Source: Chiloscyllium plagiosum (Eukaryota). Taken from it: a stretch of 64,000 nt of DNA. The stretch lies in NCBI RefSeq assembly GCF_004010195.1, contig NC_057737.1:30629014-30693013 (forward strand). Direction: 5' to 3'. This document shows positions 13,041-26,255 of the stretch, piece after piece. The notes under the pieces are model-generated. The model saw nothing but the letters and a program-made list of their open reading frames with translations. It had not been told where the DNA came from and made no database searches. The position numbers were made by a program, and so were the translations under genes. Position 1 is the stretch's first letter. The number at the start of each line of letters is the position of its first letter.

Positions 13041-15358
13041 GCATCATTTCAAATCTTTGCACACTATGGGAAAAAGCTTCCTCTTTGCTGAGGAATACCC
13101 AAGCTGTGCACTTTCATGGGTCACAAATGCACACAAAAGTGTGATTTTATGAAGGATTTTTGTCTTTTCACAAGGGTACAATTTACAATACATTTTGTGA
13201 GCTGCAGTAGAGTACTTGAAGAGTCTGAGTGTGGAGACGGAATGGGTGGAAAGTCTCCTGTGTTCTCCAACACAGCAAGTCAGCTTCCAAAATCGTATAA
13301 AGATTCCCTAAACTTTATCCTCACTCCTCTCACCCACCCTCAAGCCATCTCACATACCCTGATGCCATCCTATGCCTGCTTTGTGCCTCCTAATGTGTTC
13401 TTCATTGCAACTCTCCTAATGAGCACTATGCACCTACAGGAGCCATGTAAAAACAAGAGGAGTGAACTTTAAATCACCGGAAAGCTGTTAAATTTCTAAC
13501 AATATAAGTAAATCCTGAATTCAAACGTTTTATCATTGACACTGGACCAAAAAACCCAAGAGACAGAGAAAAGGTTCTAATCCTTTAGCATTATCAGGTT
13601 TATAAATAAACTTCCATCATAACAAATACTTTCAGATATCTATCTCCAGGTCAAAGCAGAGTGTCTATTAATCAATGGATGGGGAATAAGCAGAGAACAT
13701 TATGTATTGTTTCAGAAGTGTGGTTTTTATACTAAATGGCTAGATCTGCTGATCCAATTACAACAGAGCACAAAAACATGACAACAAAGGAAGTTCTTTC
13801 TTTTACCATTTTAAATGCATTTTGGTACTTTACCCAGTGGAAATCCTGGTTAATGTAAAGGTCAACTTACCTCTGCAGGGCATATCTCCATGGTGATTAC
13901 TGTATTGAAAAATACAGGACATTACATTTCAGCACCTAATGGTGGCATTTGACAAAGCGAAAGAAAATTACACTCAACTTTCTGACTTCACAGCAGGTTT
14001 CCTACTTACTTACCTCAGTTCTGCAATGAATAAGCACTCTGATCATTATTGACCAATCTCCAATGACTGACTGTGACCCACCACAGAACTGACTTAGCAG
14101 GACAGCCTGAACTGACCACAACCTACCCCTGAACCATTGTCAAAATAATGACTGATTGTTCTCCCCCTTCACCACACTAAACGACTGTTCCATTTCGACT
14201 TTCACACTTGCTTGAAGTAAATGCAACGTTTTTGCTGCATAAGCTGCATAAGCTACTGGCACTTGTTACAGCGGTGATGCTGATGTGGCAGGGCACCATG
14301 TTCAAAGTCTCTGACTGGAAAATATGACATTGAAAGACTCCCCACCATCACAAACTGCCTTCTCTCTCTCTACGCTAAGAAATAAGCTAAACTACAGAGG
14401 CTGGAAGCAGGTGACTGAGCACAAAGACTTTGTGCTATGAAAGTGATGTGTCACGTCCAGTCTGTAAATCAGTGCTATAGTCAATGAGAACTACGAAAGC
14501 AAGGTGAGCAGACAGGGGCTGGCAGCTTTCAGCTAACTGTTAAAATGAGCTGCCCCTGCATGCAAAGCACCCTGGGAGAAGCATGCAAGTCTTAGCTGTT
14601 CCAAAGTAGAGTGTTGCAGGTTGGACCTTGGGTCTTGGCTGGTCTAAGAGCAAGCATAGTAGTAAGGCTGGTATTTTACTGATACTGAGTTGTGTGGATG
14701 AAGGATCAAGGAGTATATGGCCACTGAGTATTCAGGGACACTGTGCAGAAAAATGATTCCTTACCACTGTCTGATTGGCTTGTCATTTGGTGGGCATTTC
14801 CAAAAGGAAAAAGTGCTGGTCTCTCTCCAGTTCTCGAGTCAGCAGGCAAGACCTTCTAACACCCAATAAGGTCCTGCCCCATGTTTGTCATAAAAACCCA
14901 TCTAGTTCATGAATGTCCTTTAGGGACTGGAATCTGATGTTGTTACCTGGTCTGGCCTATACATGACTCCAGACTCCGTATTCAGGTACTGAATGTAAAT
15001 GTGAACATCCTGCCATCAGGATTCAGCAATGCTCCATGATCTCATGACAGTAACACACATTGACAGTATCCTTGCATTTGAGTTTCCCTCGTCAACAAGT
15101 TGGCACTTATACTGAAATGTTCTGTTAATTAGAGTCAGCAGAAGTGAGGTGAGGGATAGAAATAACCCAATTGCCCACCTTCACGAGCAGCAGCTAAGTT
15201 GAAATTCTCTGGTTGTTAAACACTGACAATGGGTTGAAGGCATAACTAAAATGACTAGGAAGCCCAACTTCCTTGTTCATTTTGGATCATTACATAGTGG
15301 AGTCAATAGAGTATTATCTTCATACAATTAGGAATAAAGCAGCTTATCCATTTTTTTT

Positions 15359-15643
15359 TTACATTACATTACAGTGTGGAAACAGGCCCTTCGGCCCAAC
15401 AAGTCCACACCGACCCGCCGAAGCGCAACCCACCCATACCCCTATATTTACCCATTACCTAACACTATGGGCAATTTAACATGGTCAATTCACCTGACCT
15501 GCACATCTTTGGATTGTGGGAGGAAACCGGAGCACCCGGAGGAAACCCACGCAGACACAGGGAGAATGTGCAAACTCCACACAGTCAGTCGCCTGAGATG
15601 GGAATTGAACCCTGGTCTCAGGCGCTGTGAAGCAGCAGTGCTA
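15359..15643 (-). mobile_element. HE1-type V-SINE (young)
   Basis: ggaggaaaccggagcacccggaggaaacccacgcagacac V-domain; (ttaca)n tail. Confidence 0.9.
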
Positions 15644-15874
15644 CTGCAGACTTTCCAAATCTGCAGTACTTCATCTAGAGGCTAAATAGTCATCTTGGTG
15701 CGATGTTTGAAAGGCTGTTTGAGATTATTTTAACTCGGTTGTTTCGGTAATTTGCAGCTTGATACTATTTCATGATCATTGTCAATGGAACTCCAGGTTT
15801 GGTTGTGATTGGAGCTGATTGGATCCAATGTATCTATTTTTCCCCCTCTTCCTAGGGAAATAACAGCAGCAAAC

Positions 15875-16075
15875 TTTATTTTCATTCCATTTATGGGATT
15901 TGGGGGTCCACTGGCAAGGTCAATATTAGTTGCCCATCCCTAATTGCCTAAGAACTGATTGGCTTGAGAGACCATTTCAGGGGACACTTATGAGTCAATC
16001 ATATTGCACTGAGTCTGGAGTCATGTATAAGCCAGATCAAATAAGAACACAAGATTTCCTTACCAAATGGATTTT
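15875..16075 (-). mobile_element. Shark SINE fragment (same family as 42010-42330)
   Basis: ttgcccatccctaattgcc...gagtcaatcatattgc...gtctggagtcatgtata.gccaga. Confidence 0.55.
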
Positions 16076-17230
16076 GAGAAAATTAAAATAAATTTACAAT
16101 TAATTCCAACTTGATGAAAAATTCCACCTACCACCTCCATAAAGTTGCCAGAGACTGTAATAATAAAATTATCTTTATTTGTATTATTTTCACCACAGCT
16201 TCTAAATAGAGCTGGATTTTGGATAGCAGCTGTACCATTATCATTATAATTTACTTACTAACAATCCACACAAGTTGCTTTTAAAAGAGCAATTGTTTTA
16301 TATCTACAAATAATGAAAAGTTTAATAAATCAGAGAGCAATCAGACTGCATTACATAAAGGAGAAGTGCTTTTGTGTTGATAATATGCCTTTAAATTTCT
16401 TCAGTCATTTAATATGTAATAGTTTCTGTATTAAGTATTGACCTGGGATATGTCCTTCATCTCAGCACCACATTATGTTTGCACTCCTCCTCCAGTCCAC
16501 TTAGTGTATGCCAAGTGACATTGAAGAGCAAAGAATATGCATATATTTGGTAATTATTTATGTTAATTTTTTAACAATATCTTTCATAGAGTAAATAATT
16601 CATTCAGATTTGCTGGACCTTTTGAAACAAGATCAAACCCTTCCATCCTTTATCTAAATTGAATTCTGGTTGGACAACTTTATTCTGTGATAGGGTTTCA
16701 AATTGATTTGACCCTTGAAATTAGTTTCTGATTAACATGCATTTTTCCCAGTAAAAGATGTACAATTAGCCTCATTACAATTCCCAAAACTGTTAACCCA
16801 TGTTCGAAACAGCAACACATGCCTGGAGAAAAATGAAACAGAGTGAAAAATGAAACAAAATGATCACAAAGCCTGATAAGAGAGCCAAGAGAATTGAATG
16901 AAACTTTGGTTTTACGGTTGGATTCTCTGTGAGTTTTGGAGTTGTAAAGTTATATCTGGGGGTCAAGAATTACAGGAAGTGAATAGGACTGAGGTGCTTC
17001 ACACTGTTAGTAAAACTGAATAGAGGGGAGTTTGCCACAGGACCAATATAGAGAACAGAAGAATCTTATTATTTCTTTATAAGATGTGAAAATCCCTGGG
17101 AAATCTAGCGTTTAATGCTCATCCCTAATTGCCCTTGGGAAGACTATGGTAAGCTACAGACTTGAAGTGCTCTAAACGTGTGATGTAGAGGCACCATATG
17201 GAGTAGGATCCTGGATTATGAACTGTTGAC

Positions 17231-18266
17231 TGTTAAATGTTATAATTTGTTAGGGTAGCCTGCTGGAAATCAAACCTTATTATTTCTAGATGCAGAAAAG
17301 CTAATTATGTTTTGAAAAATAACACACAAAATCCCCAAAATATCTCATTTTCAGACTGATAGAATGCATTGACCAGGTTTCTGTACTTAACAACGATCAC
17401 TATTTATTACAGGTCATTAGGTTCTAATTACTGTGACTCTATTCTAGGAGAGGAAAGGTTTAGGGGGATATGGGCCAAATGCAGGCAAATGGGACTAGTC
17501 TGGTTTACTTGGATGAGTTGGGCCAAAGAGCATGTCTCCATACTGTATGACTCTATGTTTCTAAATAAACTATATGGAGTAAACTGCAAATTAAAATTCT
17601 AAAACCCCTGATAAAAATCCCTTTACACATACCCAGAGAGACAAACATAAACAGGGGAACAAAAAGCATACAGTTGAACGGAAAAGAGAGGAAACAAATT
17701 CTGTGGTCGTTATTCCCAAGATTTGTTGCATTGGTTCTTGCTGATCTGAAGGTTTCTCCTCAATCTACCTTGTTCCAACTGGTTTTCTTTCATTGTCTTT
17801 AGGATTAAAGTGGTTTATTGCTGAAAAACTGACAGACAATTTTTGGGGCTGTTGCAGATCTGCTCGTTTCTCTTCTGATCTAACTAGCTTCTCTCTATCT
17901 TGCTCAAAGACCAAGGTGTCCAGCCACCTGATAAGCAATCTCCTTGTTGGCAGAGGATCTTTGTCACTGTTAATTGGTCCTGAGTGCACAAAAAGGCAGC
18001 CTCTGTTGTTTAAACAAATCCCTCAATTCCATTTTGTCAGCACATTGCTGGAACCCACAATAGAAAACAAATTCTTAATTTTCAGAACCATTCTTAAAAA
18101 TGCCTGGGTTTCAAAACACTTCTTTCTCATATTTCAGTCCACTGTTTTTAAAAAGGACAACAACAAGAGATGGACTTTACAAAAGCTAAGAACAAAAGAG
18201 AATTTTTATAAGGCACAGTCCTGGAATGGAATACTTTATGAGGACTCAATGGAATAATGTGTGACA
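17231..18266. mobile_element. Probable solo LTR (Gypsy-like) containing a CR1 tail at about 17445-17556
   Basis: Begins TGTTA, ends TGACA; composition similar to the LTR at 23288; TSD not clearly preserved. Confidence 0.4.
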
Positions 18267-19070
18267 GGACTAACAGTGCCTCTTGTACCACAGTGTGCTG
18301 AATCAGTGATCATGTGAAAACCCAGCACATTGCCGCATGGCCACAACTTTAAATGCAGTAAGTAACTGTTATCTTAAATTTTTACAAAAAGAAGTAATCT
18401 GTAGATTTAGAACCGTACCATGAGAGGACAACAATGCAATACCTGACACATTGCACAGTGTCAAGATCATAATGCACTGTTCAAACCTTATCAGACTATA
18501 TTTTAATGAATTTGGACAAAGTCCAATTAATTGTTCCATTGTGTAGATGCTTTCTCCTTGCCTCAATTTGGAAAGAAACAGTCAAAACAGTATCAGCCTA
18601 GAGACAGCTTGGCGTTATGGGACTGCATTTCGGTGAGGATTTTACTGTTCATCCTCTTAACTTTAGTGAAGGATTACAAGGAATATACACAGAGAAACAG
18701 GCTGTTCATCCCAACTGTTGCTGCAGTCTAGTTTTCTTCTATCTACTCATAAATAAAGTCTTGTAACCCTTCATTCACTTCTCACTTATCGAAATGTGGA
18801 ATGAAGGCATCTCTACAAGGTAAATGCATTGCTGAACGATTCACCTTAACCATTCACTGTGGTAGTGAGTTTCTTGTTCTCACCACTTTATTGGTAGGTT
18901 TTGTCAGAATTCTCTGCTGGAATTCTCGATGACAATTATAGAATTATGGGGTCAATAGCTACAGTTAATAGCTAGATTCTAAAAACTTGCATCATCAGTG
19001 ATATGAAATTATGTCAAACCACAGGATATTGGAACTGATAGGTTCTCATGAAGTTCAGTTCAACCATGTG

Positions 19071-19733
19071 GGTAGACAGGATAGTGAAGAAGCTGTTTGG
19101 TATGCTTTCCTTTATTGGTCAGAGTATTGAGTACAGCAGTTGGGAGGTCATGTTGCGGCTGTACAAGACATTGGTTAGACCTCTGTTGGAATATTGCGTG
19201 CAATTCTTGTCTCCTTCCTATTGGAAAGATGTTGTGAAACTTGAAAGGGTTCAGAAACGATTTACAAGGATGTTGCCAGGGTTGGAGGATCTGAACTATA
19301 GAGTGAGGCTGAACAGGCTGGGGCTGTTTTCCCTGGAACGTCTGAGGGGTGACCTTATAGAGATTTACAAAATTATGAGGGGCATGGATAGGATAAATAG
19401 GCAAAGTCTTATCCCTGGAGTCAAGGAGTCGAGAATTAGAGGGCATAAGTTTAGGGTGAGAGGGGAAAGATATAAAAGAGACCTAAGAGGCAACCTTTAC
19501 ACACAGAGGGTGGTATGTGTATGGAATGAGCTGCCAGAGGAAGTGGTGGAGGCTGGTACAATTGCAACATTTAGAAGGCATTTGGATGGGTATATGAATA
19601 GGAAGGGTTTGGAGGGATATGGGCCGGGTACTGGCAGGTGGGACTAGATTGGGTTGGGATATCTGGCCGGCATGGACGGGTTGGACCGAACGGTCTGTTT
19701 CCATGCTGTACATCTCTATGACTCTGACTGTAT
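19071..19733 (+). mobile_element. Young CR1 LINE 3' fragment
   Basis: 199-aa ORF 19048..19647 is the CR1 ORF2 C-terminus; tail ctctatgactctgactgtatg. Confidence 0.95.
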
Positions 19734-20322
19734 GTTTTTGTACATAGAGTACATCTTTAGGATGTATTAATTCTCATTGGCATGGGATCCAAATTTCACT
19801 TGTCTCAGTCTCCCACAATATGTCGTGCTGTTTCTGTATGGTGACAGCAATGGTGTACATTCTGCAAGTTATCCGAGAATAGAGACATTTAAGGGGAAAT
19901 TTAACACTGCTATTCTAACTCTGAGTGAATTTGATATGGTTAATAAGGAGAAATTCTTTCCAATGGCATAGGACACAAGTTTGACAAATGGACAAAACTT
20001 TGATGTGACATATGGAACAAATATTTGACACAGGGATTTATGATCCACATGTAGGGAGCATTATTCACATTTCCACCATCTTTGCACTACCAACTTGTGG
20101 AACAATATAGCAGAAAAAGTCAGATCAGGGGCATGGGAGCAATTTCAAACCCTTCAGCAGTTGTGAGATATTAATTTTCAAAATTTGTGATTGAGATATA
20201 GTGCTCTGGGCACCATCTACCTGGGTGAGCAACTTCAGGGCTAACTAACCCCCTACTTCTGATTACTTACTTACTTAAAGTATCAATGGGAAAGCTTCTT
20301 GTCCAATCAAGAGCCTGCCTGA

Positions 20323-20567
20323 TGATTTAATCCCTGCCATTCCCTTCACTGTTTGATCACACAGCATTGCCCTTTGATGTGAAGGGCATTGCTTGTCACT
20401 GGCCACTCGGCTATTTAATTTCTTCCTGGTGGTGGAATCTCAATATTTATGCACATGTTGGTTCTTCACTGTGTCCTACATGTGCACACACACAACATGG
20501 GTGCTGGGGAAAAATAAGCACTTTGGCTGTTAGGCGGTAGTGAGGGGAGAATAAAAACAAGAAAAAA
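20323..20567 (+). mobile_element. Poly(A)-type retroposon 3' end with TSD
   Basis: Ends AATAAA plus A-rich tail; ag(c/t)ctgcctga at 20312-20322 and 20568-20578; inverted sister copy at about 32465-32725. Confidence 0.7.
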
Positions 20568-22902
20568 AGTCTGCCTGAGGGACCTGGCCAATCAGAGGCC
20601 GGCAGCTTCTGGGTCCTTGACATCATCACTGAAGACTATCAAGTCATCAGTGTTTGAAAGTATTAGGTTACTGTGGGTGGAGGGAGGTGGTGTCCATGGG
20701 GAGGAAGGAATCAGGAAGTGGGAGGCAAGTGAAAGACAGTGGTTTTCAGCAGCCGCCAATGGTCCGACCCACCCCACCCCCTTATCCCCTGCTCACCATC
20801 CCTATCCTTAATTGCCTCCAGATTAGGGCAAATAGAGCCCCCTCCCAACCCCAGTCAAACAGACAGACAGGGCTGTTGGCAAACCAACCACTTTCCATGC
20901 CTGCATGGTAATCGGGCTGCTGGCAGGTTGAGGAACTTCAGTGGTCAGCTTTTATGACAGGTCAGAAGGTTGTCTATCATGCCCAGAACCTAATGGTTGA
21001 GGTGGCAAGAAAGGGGCCAGTATTTCTTGTGGGATAACTCACCCAATTATTTGCCCTTCTTTCTAGCTTTCCTGTCTCCTGCAGGAAGGAGAAAATCCCA
21101 TCTTCAGATTTGAAGACATGGATGGAGTAGAGGAGTATGAATTCAGAGCCATTCTTGAAACACAGGGCAAATATACTGTGTTGACTGATTGTTTGATTGT
21201 TCCTTTTCAACCTACCCTTTCCCTCTTTTAAACACTATCACCCCATACTTTGTACCAGAGCAATATGACAACAGTAGGGTTAGTTTTCTGATCCATCACA
21301 AATGATGGATTGGTACAAAGTGAATGTAACTAGTCAAACAAAGACAGTGTCAATCTGAAACACCAGATCTCTGCTTATTTTTCTATGACCTATCCCATTA
21401 AGTTGCTGTACAATGTAAACACTGAAATGGCACTAGTTCTCCACTCCCACCCCATTCCCATCATATCCAAGGATAAAGAACCATTGATAATCAAGCTGTC
21501 CTTGTTCATTCAATAATTGGCAAGTAGGCTGACTCTGACTAGCCGGTAAATAGTACCCACATTTCAGGTTGTCATGCAGGTCTACAGCAATGCTGAGCAT
21601 AGAGAGGCTTGCATATAGACCTATGCAAGTATCAAAAACACATCAGTCACAGTTGGATAGTTTTCAGATGGAGTAGGATGGACATGATGTTCACCACAGC
21701 ATTTAGTGAGAATTCTATTATCTAGGTAAAAGCCATGTAGGAAGCCAGGTATTAGTTACTCATTCAGAAATATCAAGGTAAACCAGTATGATCAACACTG
21801 AGCTGCCTTTCATTAGATTAACTTTTTAATTTTCTTTACTCTTCAAAATTTCACAATAATGTTGAGTGTTGTCACTTACATAATGAGCATCAGTCAATGA
21901 GGAAATTATTTAAACACATTAAGGGCTAGAAATCAGTGTCATCAGAACTGTGAATCCAACAGTGGGAGTGAGAATTTCTGCATACTGTGTGCTCACCTCT
22001 GGTGTGGCCTTTACCAAACACCATTTTAGTGAATTTCAAATGAGAAGTGCATCCTTTTTCCATATCAGAAGAAAGCTTTAGGCCATTAGCAAAATGAAAA
22101 TCTGTTTCTGCTGCCTCTTACAACATTGACTTATATCTTGGGAGAAGACCAAAGCTAAACAGTTAGGAACAGAAAAACAATTGATACTGTCCTGAATCAC
22201 CATAACTTCTGGCTCCAGGATTCCTGGCCTTACTCCTAATTCCAGCCTTCTGGTTCTCCTCTCTATCATCTCCCTTACCCCCAGCACTGCCTCTGATCTC
22301 CTAACTCCCTCCAACAACACTTCCAAAACCACACCAACAAGACTGCACACCCTGCGATGTTATTTGCCAGGCCCTTGAAACCCTGTGATTACCAGATGCC
22401 CAGCCATTCCACCTCCTAACCTCCGCTATCTTAACCAATCACAAACTGGAATATAGGTGCACATACCTTTGCAAACACTGCACCATCTTTGTAATGATAA
22501 AATCCAAATTCTGGAATTCTCAAGACATTCCCAATTGAACTTGAGCTTTAGCACTTCGCAGATAAATGTTGGCAAAATTGTAAGCGAGTCATGTTTTGTT
22601 TCAACATGGTAATATTAAATCTTGATTTTTCATCGGAAGAAATTAGAGCAATAGTGTTTGGTTTTAAGGTGTCGTTCCAATGGTAGAGGAGAGAGGCCAG
22701 TTCTGGTGTAGAACCGAAAGGCAATGGATTTTCTTTGCTGCTTTGCTAAACCAAAGTTAAGGGTACTAATTTGTGTCCGAAGTGGATGTCTATGCCACCA
22801 GCTGAAGAGCCAGAGGAACCCCCAGGCTGTCTCTTTTTAGGGAGGCCCACTGCACTAAGTGCTAAATAGGGGACTGGGGTTAAAATCCTGTCATGGCAGA
22901 TG

Positions 22903-23238
22903 TCATAGAATTCCTACAGTGTGGAAACAGGCCCTTCAGCCCAACAAGTCCACATTGACCTTCTGAAGAGTAACCCACCCAAATTCATTCCCCTACTGCT
23001 CTACATTTGCACCTAACCTACACATCCCTGAACACCATGGACAATTTAGCATGGCAAATTCACCCTGACCTGCACATCTTTGTGATTGTGGGAGGAAACC
23101 GGATCACCCAGAGGAAACCCTCACAGACACGGGGAGGATGTGCAAACCCCACACAGACAGTTGCCTGAGGGTGGAATCGAACCCAGGTCCCAGGCACTGT
23201 GAGGCAGCAATGCTAACCACTGAGCCACCGTGCCGCCC
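22903..23238 (-). mobile_element. HE1-type V-SINE (full length)
   Basis: Complete from head (ctaaccactgagccaccgtgccgccc) to tail (tcatagaattcctacagtgtgg). Confidence 0.9.
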
Positions 23239-23287
23239 ACAATGTTGGAATTTGAATTCAATAAAAGTCTGGAATTAAGAGTCTAAT

Positions 23288-25153
23288 TGTTATAAAGGTG
23301 AAGTTTGACACCCCCATCTGTAACTAAAACCTAAACACCCAGAGAGGCTTGCCTCTCCCGATAATCTCCCCACAATCTGTTAAAAGGCATGTGAAATGTG
23401 GTAGAACATGCCTCTCACCCTCAAGCTGTTTTCAGGGAGTGGGTCAATCAAATAAACTCCTTCCACTCACTCTATAATCAACAAGTAACAATTTAGTTAT
23501 CTAACTCTATCAGTGAACAACTTAGCTAAACTGTTAACAAACCAAACAATTCTCCCTTAACTACAAACTATTTATGAATAAAACAAAATTCTTGGAGGAA
23601 GGTGTTGGTTGCCTCATTAGCAGGTTTGCAGATGACACTAAGATTGGTGGAGTAGCAGGTAGTGAAGGGGTCTTCAGAGAATACAGCAGAATATAGATAG
23701 ATTGGAGAGTTGTGCAGAGAAATGACAGATGGAGTTCAATCTGGACAAATGCATGGAAGATCCAACTCAAGAGCAAACTATACAGTAAATGGAAAAGTCC
23801 TGAGGAAAGTTGATGTACAGAGAGATCTGGGTGTTGAAGTCCATTGTCTCCTGAAGGTGGCAAACAGGTCAGTAGAGTGGACAAGAAGGCAGGTGGCATG
23901 CTTTCCTTCATTGGATGGGGTATTGAGTACAAGCATTGGCACATCATGTTACAGTTGTATAAAAATTTGGTTCAGCCACATGTGGAATACTGCATACAGT
24001 TCTGGTCACCACATTACCAAAAGGATGTGGATGTTTTGGAGAGGGTGCAAAGGAGGTTCACCAGGATGTTGCCTGGTATGGAGGGTGCTAGCTATGAGAA
24101 GAGGTTGAGTAGGTTAGGATTATTTTCATTGGAAAGATGGAGATTGAGGGGGAACCTGATTGATCTACAAAATCATGAGAGGTGTAGACAGCATGGATAG
24201 CAAGGAACTTTTTCCCAGAGTGGAGGACTCAATTACTAGGGGTCATGAGTTCAAAGTGAGAGGGAAAATGTTTAGGGGAGATGTGCGTGGAAAGTTCTTC
24301 ACGCAGAGGGTAGTGGGTGACTGGAATGCGTTGCCAGAGGAGGCGGTGGGGTGGGAATTATAGCATCATTTTAGATGTATCTAGACAGATTCATGAATGG
24401 GCAGGGAGCAGAGGAATATAGATTCTTAGAAAAATAGGTGGCAGGTTTAGATAGAGGATTTGGATCGGTGCAGGCTTGGAGAGTTGAAGGACCTGTTCCT
24501 GTGCTATAATTTTCTTTGTTCCTTGTTCTAATAGTATGCTGTTCCAATAAGTATAATTTCCATTTACATAAACTAAAATAATTTTAAAAATTAGAACCTA
24601 GTCTATACAAATTACAGCCTGGGTACATCTTCTCGAATGGTCTGTACCTTTTCTGCTGATCTTCAGTCAGGAACTCCTTTCTCCATTGAATTCATGTATC
24701 AGGAAGATTAGCTGCTGTACCTTTCGTTCGATGATGACTACTGTGAGAGCTCAGAGAATTCTGTTAAAGCCAGCTTCTCTTTGGAGCTGATGGTTGTTTA
24801 CTCTATCAGATGGCAGTTGCTCTCACACAATTTCTAAATGTCTTCATCTTTTATACCCTCAATGACCTATAAATATTTTTACAATTGGATTGGTCCTAGA
24901 CTTTCAAAACCATCAGATTTAAATTTAATTGGTTTTTGGTAGGTAAGGGCCTGTTTTAAATTGATTGGCTAAATTCGAACTTGTTGCCTTGATAATAAAA
25001 CAAACTGCTGCCTGGATTGTTAACTACACAGCTCTTTTGATACAAATGTTTCAATTCTTTCTGAATCTCTAAGCATAGGAAAAAAACATCTTTTAAAGAG
25101 TGCATGAAGTGCTTTCCCCATTTTACAATTTTACGAACATCAACTTTGCAACA
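23288..25153. mobile_element. Solo LTR with 5-bp TSD, interrupted by CR1
   Basis: TGTTATAAAG...CTTTGCAACA inverted termini; ctaat at 23283-23287 and 25154-25158. Confidence 0.8.
23591..24530 (+). mobile_element. CR1 LINE 3' fragment nested in the solo LTR
   Basis: FADDTKIGG and EYCIQFWSPHY motifs across ORFs 23710-24363; tail tttctttgttccttgttct. Confidence 0.9.
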
Positions 25154-25894
25154 CTAATGATGACCGTGACTGTATTGTTGATTGTCAGGAAAGATCTATC
25201 TGGTTCACTACAGTTCACAGGGAAGAAAACTGCCATCCTTACCTCATCTGGCCTACATGTGACTCGATATGAGCACCACTGAGGAGGAGATATTAGCTGC
25301 CGATACCACGCAATCCTGAGGCTTTGGACTGAGGTGAAGTATAGGTGGGTGAGGGCAGGAAGGGAGCTAAGGGGAGGCATTAATGGGAAGACAGGCCAAC
25401 AAGGAGGGGAGGTAACTCTCTATCTCCCCCACACCCAACAGCAACTGATGTCAGGTCCAACCATTCAATACTGAGTACCTTCATTCAGGTATAAAGTATC
25501 TTTGTTTACAGAATAAACCTTTAGCCTTTCTGTTAATTTGCTCTTAGATTAGTACTCACTATCTCTTTGTGTCATAGTCTATGTATCATTTCCCACATTA
25601 ATACCTTTCTCCCTTACCATGTCTCTATTCTTTGATCTCCCTTACCTTTTCAAATTAGATTCCCTGCCCCTATTTTATACTTTTAAAACCCTGTTTACTT
25701 CCCTAGTCATGCAGCTCACTCAAACGTTGGCCACAGCACAGTTTAGATGGAAACTGACCGAGTGGAACAGCTATATTTTCTGATGATGGTGCCAGTGCCC
25801 CACAAACCAGAACCCACTTCTATTTCACCAATTTTTGAGTTATTTCCCTAATCGTAAGTGCCCTGTGCCAATTTGCACATATTTCAGGTAATTG

Positions 25895-26255
25895 TTTTAT
25901 TCACTTGTGAGACATGGGCATCACTGGTAACCAGTATTTATTCTGGATTAGTGGTGCTGGAAGAGCCAGTATTTATTGCCCATCCCTAGTTGCACTTGAG
26001 AAAGTGATGTTGAGCTGTTGCCTTGAACCACTGCAGTCCATGTGCCGTAGGTTTAAGAATACCTTCCATAGAGAATTCCAGGATTTTGACCCAGCGACAG
26101 TGAAGGAACGGTGATATTCCTCTAAATCAGAATGGTTAGTGGCTTGGAGGGGATCTTGCAGCTGGCTGTGTTTCCATGCATCTGCGATCCTTGTCCTTCC
26201 AGATGGAAGTGTTCATGGGTTTGGAAGGTGCTGTCTAAGAGTCTTTGGCGAATTT
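25895..26255 (-). mobile_element. LINE 3' fragment sharing its tail with the SINE at 42010
   Basis: atttattgcccatccctagttgcacttgagaaagtg...ccaggattttgacccagcgacagtgaaggaacgg; related pieces at about 17065-17230, 27990-28265 and 28925-29120. Confidence 0.6.

Noticed and set aside
17793-18257. 154-aa ORF
   Set aside because: Lies in an LTR-like non-coding repeat; no recognisable domain.
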